Shown: positions 13,160 to 26,569 of the stretch, piece after piece
How positions within the stretch are numbered: position 1 is the first letter of the stretch
Layout: each line of letters starts with the position of its first letter
Origin: Azolla caroliniana
Lineage: Eukaryota; Plantae; Polypodiophyta
Assembly (NCBI GenBank): GCA_043228905.1
Contig: JBHGNT010000016.1
Span: 11,408,001-11,472,000, forward strand
Reading direction: 5' to 3'
Length of the DNA: 64,000 nucleotides
The notes under the pieces: generated by a model
Told to the model about the DNA's origin: nothing
What the model saw: the letters and a program-made list of their open reading frames with translations, nothing else
Databases searched by the model: none
Program-made: the position numbers and the translations under genes

Positions 13160-13598
13160 ATGAGGAGGAGCTGCTGCAGCAGAAGAGGCGGGGCTGCTGC
13201 TGCTGCTGCTGCTGCTGCTGCAACGCGAAGAATCAATGCTGCTGCTGCTGCTGCAGTCCGTTCCGATACCTCGTCATCACATTCTGACCGCGCTCAACCT
13301 CGTACTGCCAGCTTCGGTCAGTCTCTCTCTCTCTCTCTCTCAAGAAACATAGATTCGCATTTAGATCATTCATGCCACTCTTCCAGGTTTCAGAGAAGTC
13401 GGTGAGGAGGAGAAAGGGAGACTCGTTGGGGATGTGTTCAAAAGCGTCGCTTCAAACTACGATACCATGAATGATATCATGAGTGCAGGATTGCACCGCC
13501 TCTGGAAGGACAGGTCGGTCACTCCTCTCCCCCCCCTTCGCCGAGTATTACTTCCTCTTGATGGAAATGATTGCCAGAAATGCCCTTTTGGAAAGTCA

Positions 13599-13632
<34 letters not shown>

Positions 13633-16600
13633 TGTCTTGCAGGGTGATCTCAAAGCTCAGTCCCTTTCCTGGTATGCAACATTTGGATGTGGCTGGTGGT
13701 ACAGGTGATTGTTATGTACTTGCGATATTTGAACTTGCTGTGTGAAACACCCTTTCATATAGTTGCGTTATGTAGTCATTGACACTTCATCCTCTTTTGT
13801 GATTAAGGTGATGTTGCATTCCGTGTCCTTGATGCCATTTATTCACGAGAGCAGATGGGTATGCGTGGAAAACCTTCTGATATTGAGGCTGATGATGATA
13901 CCCGGGTGTATGTGTGTGACATTAATCCAGCAATGCTAAATGTTGGCAAACAAAGGGCCCAACAAAGAGGTAAGACTTTTATTGGATTGTGTTTGAAAGT
14001 AAACTGTGATGCTAGCTGGGATGTCAGATTTCTTCATAACAAGTTCAGAAAAAGTGAACACAGAAACATATTGCAAACGGTTTCTGATTCTTTTCTAAAG
14101 AATGAAACATTTCTATTTATTTATTTTGTCTTGTGTTCCCTTCCCAAATGTTCTTTCCCCCCTGTCTCTCTCCCCAAATGTTCATCATGTTGTGTGTAAC
14201 TTCGTTGGAAAACACTTGCAAACTCACATGAAATATACTCTTAAATTTTGGAGTACAGCACAAATAATCAACTGGAGCATAGTGTATCTAACATTGAAAT
14301 GTGATCAGTATGCATTGCATTGCCATTTCTCTAGACTCGACATATCGTATAGCATGCACTCAAACAACCACCTGCACATGTGAAATGTAACCATTAGAAA
14401 AGAAAAACATTTTGGGGGTGCTCAATTTGTTATGAACCCATGATCACTTTTGTACTTGAGGATCTGACAACAGATCCTCTTGTAAGGAGCATAGGGTATA
14501 CAAGAGATTGAAGACTTCATTTCTGGTAGTGACAAAAAACACCATAAACTTCAAAACAGGAAAGTCTCCATGTGCCTCCATCTTCCGAAGCCAATTCAAA
14601 GTCCTTTTCTCTTGAAAGGAGTTTATGAGTACTTGTGGTTGATAAACATTCCACCAACCCGGATCTGAGGTTCTTTAAAGCAATTTTTGGAAGTGATTGA
14701 AATTGCAAAAGGAAAGTGTAATAAATTCCCAACATACCAGATAGAGTGTTGTTATTGGATAATAGAAATGATGGTCTTGTGTAATCTATATGGAGAATCT
14801 TCCTCACATTAATGATGTTTTTTACGCCAAATTCTCGAAAGCCTGTGCCATCTTCGATCAGATCAAGGATTTAATGCCAGCTATCAGTACTCTTTCTCCT
14901 CTTAGCTTTTGTGTGGCAATGTGTAGAAGCATTGCAATTGGTCTAGATGATGCAACTTGGAAATTGCTCAATCTTAAGGTAGTTGCAATAACGATATTAG
15001 ATGAAATTCTAGGAAATATTGAGGGGTTAACTAGTGGTCATGAGGTTGTTGGAGGGTGGCAGCTCCAGCCTTGCACTCTCTTTCATCTTTATTATCTATG
15101 TACTATATTCTCTCCCTTCCCAGATTCTTCCCTCTCTAGAATCCGCAACTCCTTTAATGCCTTCTCTCTCTAGAATTTGTAATGCTTTAAATGCCTTTTT
15201 TCTCTTCTACTTTTTCCAAGATATTCCCTTTTATTCCTAGTTTTTTGTACTTGTTTGATAGTACAAGAGCCACTTTACTACCAAACAACCATTTCACCCA
15301 CTTTCCCCAATTTTGTATAAATAGGCTATACCGGCCTCTTTTGTAAAGACTTTTTTTTTTTACTTTGGTTGCTACTTAAAAACAAGCTCTATTATTTGGC
15401 CGTGTCTCTACTCTTTGCAACCATTTTTCTACTGCTGTCTAACAGCCTTCTCACGGCTTGGCTGTGTCTATTTTGTTCTAACTCTTCCGTTGCTGCTATT
15501 AACAACTTTTCTCACAGAGGTATGGAGCAAACTAAAAACGATGTACGTGTAGACCATTGCAGTGAATCAAGTTCACTTGATGAGAAGGCTCATGGCTACA
15601 TGACTTGAAGATGCCAAGTTTGCATCTAAACACATTCAACATTCAATGGTCTACTCAATCAATTTGAAGATGTGGGTTTGCAAATATTCAACGACAAAAT
15701 GAAGGCAATCGTCTCACTCATTAAAGGTAAAGAGGGATGTTTGAGGGAGCAACTATTGATTGATGACGTTCAGTAAACAAGACTATAGTAGAGATGAGAG
15801 TAGAGACACAGGTTTTTGGGTGTACCCAACCGCCTTGATTGGTACACAAGAAAAAAAAGGTGAATAATGTGTTCACATATACGAATAATTACCTAATTTG
15901 TGAACTATGGGCCTTTACACCCAACAACCTCCCACTTAAAGGTCCGATGTGAACATTCAAGTAACTCCCTCTAACTGTATGCAATGCTCATGTTGAGCTT
16001 TGCCAAGACTTTTGGTGAGAATATCTGCAGGATTATCCTGTGTTTTGATCTTGGTCAATGTGACTAGACCATCCATCCTCCAAAACTTGTCTGATAAAGT
16101 GATGTCGCACATCAATGTGTTTAGTGCGCGAATGAAACATGGCATTTGTAGCCAGATACACAACACTTTGGCTATCACATCCTAACACAGGAGTACTAAC
16201 AGACATGCGAAGATCTATGATTACCTCTCAACAACTATCATTTGAGCATGATTAGCTCTATGATACCTGGGCATGATTGCTTCCCAAGGAAACTAATTCG
16301 TTTTGTAGGGTAACAAATTGCGTGATTTGATCCATGATGTATGGAGTGTCATGAATCTTGAGATTTGCTAGTTGGCTCTCAACAACTATCATTTGAGCAT
16401 GATTAGCTCTATGATACCTGGTTTTGATGGCTGTCTATAGTTCATTGGTTGTCTCTTCATCTGTGTCTTGAAATTAACGAGCGATGCTCAGTTTAATATT
16501 AAACATGAGGAAACCATGAGCACGAGAATCCTTATCGAGCCAAGCTTCAATCTCAGCTTTAGATGAACCAGCAACTGATTTGGGTGAAGAAGATGAAGTT

Positions 16601-19600
16601 ACCGGTGGTTTCTTCTCACTACCATTGACTACATTCCATAGACGATGGTATTGTAGCAAGGTCTTTATCTATAGTTCCCAATCCAAGTAATTATTCCCAT
16701 CCAAGTTGGACTCTTTGGGGAGTTGGGGAATGGTTGATGAAAACAATGGTGGCATGTGAGGCCATGGATATCCTCCTCTTGAGCTACAACTGGACAATTT
16801 ACAGCAGCTGTAAGTAGATGCTCAGGGTCTTTCTACTCCTCCCTAGATGCTAGGTGAGGCTCAGATGAGGGGAAAAGAAAAAAGAACCTCTTCTGTAGGT
16901 TGGGAGGGTGGCTGCTAAGAGAACCTCCTCTATAGGGTTGGGAGGGAGGGATAAAAGAAGATAGGTCTGTCACTCTTTGGCAAAAAAAATCAGGCTGTGG
17001 ATATGGAGGCCTCATTGCTCTGTTACCATGTGAGAAAAGCTGTTAATAGTAGTAGCGGAACAGTTAGAACAAAATAGACACAGCCAAGCTGTGAGAAGGC
17101 TGTTAGACAACAGTAGAAAAAATGGTTGCAAAGAGTAGAGACACAGCCAAAGAGTAGAGCTTGTTTGTAAGTAGCAACAAAAGTAAAAGTTTTTACAAAA
17201 GAGGCTGGTATAGCCTATTTATACAAAATTGGGGAAAGTGGGTGAAATGGTTGTTTGGTAGTTAAGTGACTCTTGTACTACCTAACAGGTACAATAAACT
17301 AGGAATAAGAGGGAATATCTTGGAAAAAGTGGAAGAGAGAGAAGCATTTAAAGTGTTGTAGATTTTAGAGAGAGAAGGCATTTAAAGAGTTGCAGATTCT
17401 AGAGAGAGAAGAGACTGTAGTACAGAGATAATAAAGATGAAAGAGAGTGCAAGGCTTGAGCTGTTACCTTCCAACAAAGCTTTATATCCACATCAGAAAA
17501 TAATTAAGAAACAAGTTGGATGCAAAATCCATCAAAGACATCTTTTTGGAATATGGTGCAGAAGGTGAGATGGGTTATAGAATTTGGTTATTGCAATGGT
17601 AAAAGGTAATCAAAAGTTGGGATGTTGTATTCAATGAAGCAAAGTTGCTCAAAGGTAATTGTACCTAATCAGAATCAACAAAAAGAGTGAAAATACATCA
17701 ACAGCCATTGATTCAAGAATAACATATCAAAGCGATGAACAGGTAGAGATCCACAAACTAGTTTTATTGTTAGAAGATGGACAACAAAAGAGAGAAATTT
17801 TAGCCTATGAAGATGAAGATTAATTACAACCTCCTACAAATGAAGAACGAACTGCCGAACTACAACAAGAAGATATTCCATTAAATTTGAACCCATCCTA
17901 GATAATGTAGATCATTGGGTTAGGAGATAAACACAAATGTGGTGTCCAACCCAAAGGTATGATCCATCTCTTCATCAAATTCATTTAATAAATGAATTGG
18001 AGCCTCTCACTCTTAAAGAGGCTAGGACATGTGAGCATTCTAACAAGTGGGAGCTTGCTAAGGAAGAGGAGATCAAACCACTCCTTGAGAATGACACATG
18101 ATATCTTGTTGAGCTACTGAAAGGTAAAAAGGCTATACTCAACAAGTGGGTCTACAAGGTAAAGCTCATGAAGATAAACCCAAGTATAAGTCTCATTTAG
18201 TAGCTATAAGGTATAAACAAATACAAAGAATTTGATTTTCAAAAGGATTTTCAATACACTTAGGACACTTTTCTTATTTCAACCTTTTGTATTAGAAGTT
18301 ATATCAAATGGATTTAAAGATGGCATTCCTCCATGGACGCCCAGATATGGAGCTTTATATGTTGCAGCTTGAAGGGTTCACTATTCCAGGAAAGAGAATT
18401 TAGTTTGTAAAATTCAAAGTAGCCTATGGTATAAGAAATTTGACCCTTTCATGTTCTCAAGTGGCTTCACTCAAACTAAGGCAGATCCTTGTCTCTATAT
18501 GAAAAAGGAAACTAACGGCAGTCCTATTATTTTTGTTTTGTATGTTGATGACATGCTAACTGTAGGAAAGCATGAAACAACTTTGCAGGACATAAAATGC
18601 TAATTCAAACCTGCATTTTCCATGAAAGATCTCAGAAACGCTCAGCACATTCTTGGGATAAGAATCAGACGAGACAAACAAAAGAAGTTACTATTTGTGT
18701 CCCACGAGAAATACATTGAGAAGGTATGGGAAAGATTTCAGATAACTGATGCAAAGTCATCTTCAGTGCCATTCACCCACAAGTAAAGCTTTCGAAAGCA
18801 TATTCTCCCAAAGACGAAGAGGAAGCAGAAAAAATGTAGGCTATCCCATATGCTTCAGCTTGTGGGTCACTAATGCTTGCATATGCTGTAGTAGTATGCA
18901 GATTTATGAGTCAACCTGGACAAAACCATTGGGGTGCAGTCAAGTCTCAAAGATACTAAGGAAAAATGCATTTGTTATGACAAAAGGAACTTGAATCTTC
19001 ATGGCTATTGTGATTCTGATATGGTTGGAGATGTAGACACAAGAAAATCTACTTATGGTTACATCAACACTCTTGTAGGGGGAGCTATTTTGTGGTTTCC
19101 ACAGCTGCAATAAATTGTTGTACTCTACTACAGAAGCTGAGTATATCTCAGCTGTAGAGGCTTCTAAGGAGGCCATTTGGTTAACTCTCTTGTGTAGTGT
19201 CCTACAATGTGATTACCGAAGTGCCATATGTTTGGCAAAGAACCCTGTTTACCATGCAAGGACTAAACATATTGATATTCGCTATCACTTCATTAGAGAG
19301 GTGATAGAAGATGGTCAAATCCAACTGGTAAAGATTGATACCACCGAGAATTCTGCAAAAAGTGTTTATCAAAGACACTTCACCAAAAACTGCCTTCAGC
19401 AAGTAGGAATTATCTAGTAGAGTAGTAACCTAGCTCCTTTAACTGGAAGTCTGTTGGGATTAAAGGACCTTGGGTTTTTCCGTTTAAACTAGAAAAACGT
19501 TTTTATATAATTGAATGATTTCTGATTTTTGTTAGAGTTGCACAGTCTTGTTTTTAAAACTGTAAACTGCACTACAACTTCCACAAAAATATTTTGTACA

Positions 19601-22243
19601 TTGAATGGGATCCTTGGACAAGATTCCCACTCAGCATTAAATAGGTATTTATGAGGCATGACTTAGCTGTCCCATCAGCATTTAAGGCCCTTCTTCTAAG
19701 AGCATATTCTACGTATCTTGAATAGCACATATATATATGTGTGTGTGTGTGTGTGTGCGTGCACTCCAACCTTGTACATTTTTTTTAAGAGGTGGGTCTT
19801 TTGTTTTGCAGAGCTACTTCTACTTTCTTTAATATCTCCTATGTGTTAAACCCCATCATTGTTTTCAGTTTCGATATCTCTGCCTTTAGATATTTGAGAA
19901 AACTGTTATTCTATCTTCTACTTCTTTACAACACACAAAGCTTCCAAATTTCTATAGAAAACTATACCCTAGTTTCTTGTGTTGCAACGCTGACTGCACA
20001 CAACAAGTTTGCGACTTGATATAACTTGTTTCCTGGCATGGGTCCGTTTAAGTTTGGCCCAAGGGAGGATTTTGAGGGACTATGCTGTGATATGCAGCAT
20101 GAAATATCAGCCATCACATGATCGCATAGTCCCATGAACTTGTCATCCCATCCATGCAAATATTCAACATTCACACATCATGGTTTACGTAATGGGGTTT
20201 CACAATCATATGAAACAGAAACTAACATTTTGGGAAACAAGAAACAATGTTTCATACTTTGCCAGAATTGAAAAAAGAATAATTATGTGGTTGAAAATAA
20301 TTTTGGGGAATCTTCTCTGATTACAGAAAATTTCCTGCTCATTCCTAGCCTGTGACCAATATCTTTGTTCCCACCATTCTTACACTTGACTCAGGTGGAT
20401 AGTTTGTGCTAATAAAATAATATGTCAATATATGGGACCCCACAATATGCAGCATGCATCAGCTGTGTATCTACTGAAATGTATTACGTCCAAATTCAAG
20501 TTTTGAAGTTTCACCCATTGGTTTCGATTTACATTATTATAATGAGAACTTATTTTCTGCTAGGGCTTGGCAAAGCACAATCATTGGTGTGGATTGAAGG
20601 TGATGCAGAATCTTTAAGTTTCAAAGATGAATCTTTTGATGGCTATACCATTGCTTTTGGCATCAGGAATGTGACTCACATTGACAAAGCCCTAAAAGAG
20701 GCATACAGGTTGGAAAATGTTTACATATTATGTTACCTTCCTTTTTTCTCCACTTGTACTAGACGTCTGATGTTGTACTTTGTTTTTTTTGAGATCAGAG
20801 TATTGCGGCGAGGTGGTCACTTTCTATGTTTGGAGTTGGGCCATGTACAAAATCCAATTTTCAAGCAACTGTGAGTGATAATTTGTTTTTGATCACCTAG
20901 AGAGTGGTCAACATAAAGAATGTCCTGAAATTACTATGTTCGTTTATCTAAGTAGCGATTCATGAAGAGCTGGTTGGGCTCTATTGGTGTATTGATTAAG
21001 ACCCTTAATTCTGGCCAAGTCTAATTACTGTACATCTGGATGTGAGAGAATTGTTTTTTTTTCCTGAAACAGAGAGAACTGTTTTTAATTGCCTATGGCT
21101 GGTTAATATAAGATCTGTTTTGAAAATGATGCTCAATTTTTCCTAGTGATTCATGAAGAGATTGATTGGATTCTATTGTTGTATCCTTGAAGACCCTTCA
21201 TCACAGCGAAGTCTGGTTATTACACATTGAATGTGATGGGAGGACACAGTTTTTGTAGGCTTTATATATGTGATAATTTTGACCCATGAATTCTTTTGCA
21301 GGAATGCGTGATTGTAAAGCTAATAGGACTTTTATTTTAGTTGTTTTTATGCAATTTTTAGAAATTCTGTTCACTTTCACGAACAAACCTATTTTGTCTT
21401 TCCTATTGCCTAGACTGTTGGTTCTTAAGATGCCCAAATATTTGAAGTCAGCCGCTGCACCCAATCATAACATTGCTGACATTTATGTAAGTTGTGTTCA
21501 GAACAGAAACATGCACTACACTTTTCTCTTCTCATGTTCATCAGCACACCAAAACCATGAGTAACATAACCCCACATATCTAGGTGGGAGGAAATGCATG
21601 TAATCATTTGTGCTTCTCGTTTACATTTAGTTCCATGCTTGAATTTGTAGTTCGTTGGTCCTGTATTTTCAATGTACACTGGTGACATCTACATAGGTCG
21701 TGATGAGAACAGAAACTTGCACTTCACTTTTTTCTGCTCATGTTCATCAGCACGACTATTAGTAACATAACCCACATATACAGGTGGGAGGAAATGGATG
21801 TAATTATTTGTGCCTTTTGTTTACATTTAGTTCCATCTTGAATATTTAGTTCATTGGTCCTGTAATTTAAATGTGCAAGATCGTTGGTAAATGTGTAGTA
21901 GATTTTATTTTTCTGATCAGGTATGACTTCTACTCATTTTCTGTCATCCCAAACATTGGAGAAATGGTTGCTGGGGATAGAAACTCTTATCAATACCTTG
22001 TTGAAAGCATTCGGAAATTTCCAAGACAGGTCTCCCTTCCCTCTCCTCATGTTTTCTTGGCTTTATATATAAAACGGATGAGTATTGAGGATTAAGTATG
22101 CAGTGATTGATCTGGTTCCTTCATCTCATGACTTACTTCAGGAAAACTTTGCTCGAATGGTGCAAGAAGCAGGTTTCCAGAACGTGGAGTATGAGAATCT
22201 TGTAGGTGGGGTTGTGGCCATTCACTCTGGCTTTAAATTGTGA
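13160..22243 (+). CDS. COQ5: 2-methoxy-6-polyprenyl-1,4-benzoquinol methylase (UbiE/COQ5 family), 8 exons: 13160-13316, 13387-13513, 13643-13704, 13808-13969, 20564-20708, 20799-20870, 21921-22029, 22142-22243 (311 aa)
   Basis: Motifs [97 protein letters not shown]. All introns are GT-AG and the exons sum to 936 nt, in frame. The start codon and the Arg/Ser/Ala-rich putative transit peptide are less certain. Confidence 0.93.
15047..15516 (+). mobile_element. Copia solo LTR in COQ5 intron 4
   Basis: TG...CA ends with perfect TSD gaggt. Inverted homologue at 17029-17476. Confidence 0.88.
15926..17476 (-). mobile_element. Deleted copia: 5' LTR 17029-17476, PBS, gag fragment, RNase H end and PPT
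   Basis: PBS tggtaacagagc. Gag [14 protein letters not shown]. RNase [14 protein letters not shown] aagtgggagg. The downstream LTR start does not match the 5' LTR, so this may be two fused elements. Confidence 0.65.
17477..19417 (+). pseudogene. Highly decayed copia integrase-end/RT/RNase H
   Basis: [17 protein letters not shown] and [20 protein letters not shown] amid many stops. Confidence 0.8.
21504..21864 (+). repeat. Diverged direct duplication (about 160 bp, about 205-bp period) in COQ5 intron 6
   Basis: cagaaacatgcac...gttggtcctgta is repeated at about 21710-21864. Confidence 0.75.
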
Positions 22244-23419
22244 CACCAAAATTTGGAATTGTTCTCTGGGAATACAATAAATGGTCAGCTGAGTGAGTTA
22301 TAATAAAGTCTCCAGAACAAATGTATAGAAATGTCCTTCGATCTCTTTGCTTTCTAAAGAAGTAGATTGTCTCAATTCTAATTGGTCACGTGAGTTTGCA
22401 TGTTGTAGTTCCAGTTTGGCACCATGATATTTGCAAGATTTGGGTTGGGAGGTCATTTCAGGAAATTTTTATCCTGTCCATGTAAGATTTACGGTCATCT
22501 GTGTATGCATCGAGATTCTCGTTGTAACGAGGCAGATATAGCCCACCATGGTTCTTATGATGAATGTTTCAAATTTAAGGCTACCCATAAGCCTCTCAAT
22601 TCATAAAAAAACCATTATGTATTTATGATACACTTTTTAACTAATTGGTATTTTTAATAGGATTTTATGACTTTGCTTTTATGTCCCTTTCATTACTGCT
22701 ACAAGAATTGTGTGAATGAAACTCAAAACACTCATCCCCTCTCCAAGCTATACGTTAGTCTCATGTTTAGACTTGTAAGCATAAATAATAACAGTCACTT
22801 GGTTATCTCAAGTGGCCCTAAATGAGATGGATGTAGAAAATATTATAGTTGAGTATCAACGTACTATTGTGGATCACATGACCCACAAATAAATTGGTAA
22901 TGATTTTATAAAACACATCTTGAAGCATGATTGGGCCAGAAATGCAACTGAAACGTTTTGCTTGGCATTCATAGCTAGTGACAGACACAATTGGCATGTA
23001 TTGCTTGATCATCAATTTTTAACCTCTAAAAATCTATACCTGAAGTTGGTAGGTTTGGAGTTTCATTGGCATTGCTTTCTTTTAGTGGAGAAAGTTGAAT
23101 CATGTTTAGGTTGGTTGTAGACATTTACACTACCCTATTTGCCCTTTTAGGAATACTACTCCTTTATTTGGTTATGGAGATGTTTAGGTTTGATTGACAT
23201 TGTCTCTATATTTTCATATTAGTGTTGTACCTTATAAAACAGTTGCACCATTGTTCACTACTTTACCATATAAAGTAGTTGCACCATTGTTACAAGTGTA
23301 GTAAAGCTCTAGCTTCATACTTACATGTCTCCTTTTCGAAACCCAAGGTATGATCCATGTTGTAACTCAGTGGTATGTAGGAGTTGACGACAACAGTTTA
23401 GGGTTCCTATTTTTTGAAG

Positions 23420-25210
23420 GTGAAGAGCTTTGCCAAACGGGAGGCAGGCGGAAAAATCAAGTGCCTAAGGTTCGATGGCGGAAAATAGTACTTTTCTGAC
23501 TAGTTCTTGACTTATCTACAAAAAGAGGGAATCCAACGCGAATTCTCTTGCAGATACACACCTTAGTAGAACAGCATGGCCGCACGGAAGAGTCGGACGA
23601 TCACAATGCTTGAGGAGAAATAATGCTCAAGTTCTATTGGGCCAAAGCGGTCAGAACAACTGTGTACCTTCAGAGTCAGACATCTGCAACTAGAGGAAGT
23701 GTTGCCACACAAGTTGTACTTTAGGAAGAAGCCGAACTTGGCACACTTGAGGGTGTTTGGCAACATCACATATGTGCATGTGCCGAAAGAGAAGTAGTCG
23801 AAGCTGGATGTCAAAGTCGAGAAATGTATCTTGGTCGGCGACGCAGATGAGCAAAAGGGTTATAAGTGTTATAACCTCTGAACCAAAGAGGTTCGAGTAA
23901 GCCGAGATGTTGTGTTTGACGAATCGGCTTCGTGGTACCAAACTCCGACCAATCTGACCCCCATTAACTCCATTCCGAATTCTAAGGATGAGGCCATTAA
24001 GGCTGAGATGCCATTGGATGTGGAGGAAGAAATCGACACTCTAGAGATGACGTCTAATCTATCAAATGATCCAAGATCTTGGTATATGAATGTCATTCGA
24101 CCTGCCATATCGACACTAGCAATATCGGAAATACAAAATTAGCTCCCTTCTCTATTGATACAATCAGAATGTCTATTTCAAACCTCGACCATTGACATGC
24201 GGATGGCATTCTCCGCTACAGCTTGGGCAACGAATGGTGTACTCTTGCGGGTACCCTTGAATCCGGAAGCACCAACAGAACACCAAAGAATTATTGATCC
24301 TCAAACATCCGTGATTGTAATAGTGGTATTATTGAAACTCGAGTCCCTCGAGAAGACTCAATTATACCGGTCCTTTTTAAGCCATTCAAATAAGTTGGTC
24401 GATTCTGAACAATAATAATATCTTTCGGTTTGCAACAATAACTAGGTACATCCACAATATGATCGTTGATTGAATAGAAACTACTGAAGTGACTTTCTTT
24501 TTTAATCACTTCAACCTTAGTGATCATATTTACTCATTATGCATTGAGTATCCGTTTCTTCTTCATCATTCTAAAGATAATAGAAAAAAGCTTGCATTTC
24601 AGTTATCTTACTCAAAATGTCCAATATGTCAGATTTCATTCAATTCTTTTATCCCAATGGTATCTCAGAATATTATTTTGGCTTCTTCACTCCATATTGT
24701 AGGGTGGATCTGTCGGTTAGTTGGAGACCTCCCTCCGAACTGCACGTACGACTCTCATCGAATACATCTTTCCATATGATTGAATAGAAACTACTGAAGT
24801 GACTTTCTTTTTCAATCACTTCAATCTTAGTGATCATATTTACTCATTATGCATTGAGTATCGGGGCCATGCCCGAAGTCGTTAGCTCAACCGCAAGGAG
24901 AGGGAGGAGAGTCCGATCTCATTTTGGCTAAGTGGGCCAAATGAGGGGATGAGCCAGAATGGTCTGCCAAATGAAGAACCGATGAGCAATGAAGCCTTGG
25001 TCGTGCAGTCCCCACGTTAGAAGCCGAGGAGACAGTTTATGTGGAAAGAGAAGGGGAAGATGAAAATGTCGGAATATGTCATAGAGGTCGGTGCATCTTC
25101 AGTTTGTTGACTGGAAAAGTTCCTCTACGAACTAAAACAACGCCCTCGAGCCTGGAACACAAAGATCACGCAAAGATTGCATCAAATGGGGTTTCAACCA
25201 TCGAAATCAG
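23420..25210 (+). mobile_element. Copia integrase/spacer fragment interrupted by plastid DNA
   Basis: Integrase C-terminal motifs (KGYKCYN, VRVSRDVVFDESASWY) as in the other copia. Sequence resumes at EESPISF after 24903. Confidence 0.75.
24048..24903. other. Mosaic nuclear plastid DNA (NUPT): rps11 about 24182-24339 (-), rps4 about 24340-24470 (-), rps12 exon 3 24673-24698 plus group II intron end (-), 16S rRNA about 24865-24903 (+)
   Basis: [23 protein letters not shown] (rps11). HIVDVPSYCCKPKDII (rps4). A 26-nt YGVKKPK* exon preceded by a domain V-like sequence (rps12). ggccatgcccgaagtcgtta..aaccgcaaggag (16S). Confidence 0.85.
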
Positions 25211-25995
25211 ACCCCAACAATCTCTTTGTCCTGTCTTGGAGAATGTGCATTCCTAGGATCTGTCTTGCTAGACCCATATCCTTCATTGAGAATGACTCAC
25301 TCAAGGCTTTCTTTAGGATTCTGATCTTGATATGGTCCCGTCCAACAATTAGCATGTCGTCCACGTACAACAAGAGGACGAGGGAGTCTCCTCCGCTGAA
25401 CTTCTTCACAAATATGTAGTGATGGGCCTGCATTTTTTGGTACCCTTGGTCGGCCATGAAGGATTCGAACTTCCGGTACCATTGTCGGGGAGCCTGCTTG
25501 AGTCCGTAAAGGCTTTTCCTCAACTTGCATACCAAGTTCTCCTTCCCCTTTTTGAGGAATCCTTCTAATTGCTACATATATATCTCCTCTTTAAGATCAC
25601 CATGGAGAAAGGTCGTTTTGACATCCAACTGCTCGACTTCAAGGTCCATGCTAGTCGCTATGCTCAACACTGTCTCGATGGATGTTATCTTCATCACCAA
25701 GGCAAAAATCTCGTCGAAATCTCGTCCTTTCTTCTGTTAGAAGCCCTTCACCACAATGTAGGCTTTATACCTTGGTGGATTCTGCCATCTCCTGATTTTA
25801 GTTATACACCCAATTATTTCGAAGCGTCGTCTTTCCTTTTGGCAACTCCGTCAGCTTGTATGTGTGGTTCTCATGCAAGGAATCCATTTCATCCTGCATG
25901 ACACTTAGCCACTCTCTATTGTGGGTGTCCCTCCTTGCTTCCTCAAAGCTTTCCGACTCCCCCTCATCGGTTAACATGACATATTCCTTCTCCGG
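25211..25995 (-). pseudogene. Fragment of RT from a different copia family
   Basis: YVMLTDEGE..MQDEMDSLHENHTY, CKLRKSLYGLKQAPRQW, LLYVDDML. Confidence 0.85.
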
Positions 25996-26569
25996 AAATC
26001 TTCGGGGGGCCACCTATTATCCAATGATAATTGGAGTTATCAAAGCCAAGTAGTAAGCAAGAAATAAACCACTTCTAACTCTCAAGTCCTGATTTTTGGA
26101 ATGGCTCTTAGCATAATGAACATAATCTTTAAGAGAAGAAGTTTTCCAAAGAGAAAGAATTAGTAGGTTTTGCGTTATTTCAATCTCAAAAGGGGATTGA
26201 AGTAATTGTCTCTTAAAGATGTTGATGAAGTCCTCCGACTCATTGGGAAACTCTTGGGTATTGTAAACCCCAAGCAACCAAGTGGTAGCGTTACCCCCAA
26301 GGTCACAATTGACATAGGTAATTTTGGATGCAGATCTAAATGAGACTCCCAATGGCCAGACCACATACTAATGCCTTCTTTGGTGTATTCCTTTTTATCA
26401 CTTGTGTAAAGTTTCACAACAAAGAATGGTTCCCCATGTTTTTCCTCATTCATGGAAGAATTCACATGCATATCATGCACGCAAGATTCAAGAGCTCCAT
26501 AAGATTTCTAAAGCTCAAAATCCTCAATCAAGGTGGAATTGAGAACATGTTGCATGAATGGTAGTGGAT

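Noticed and set aside
24865-24903. rRNA gene or bacterial contamination
   Set aside because: Only about 40 bp, embedded among plastid fragments in a retroelement.
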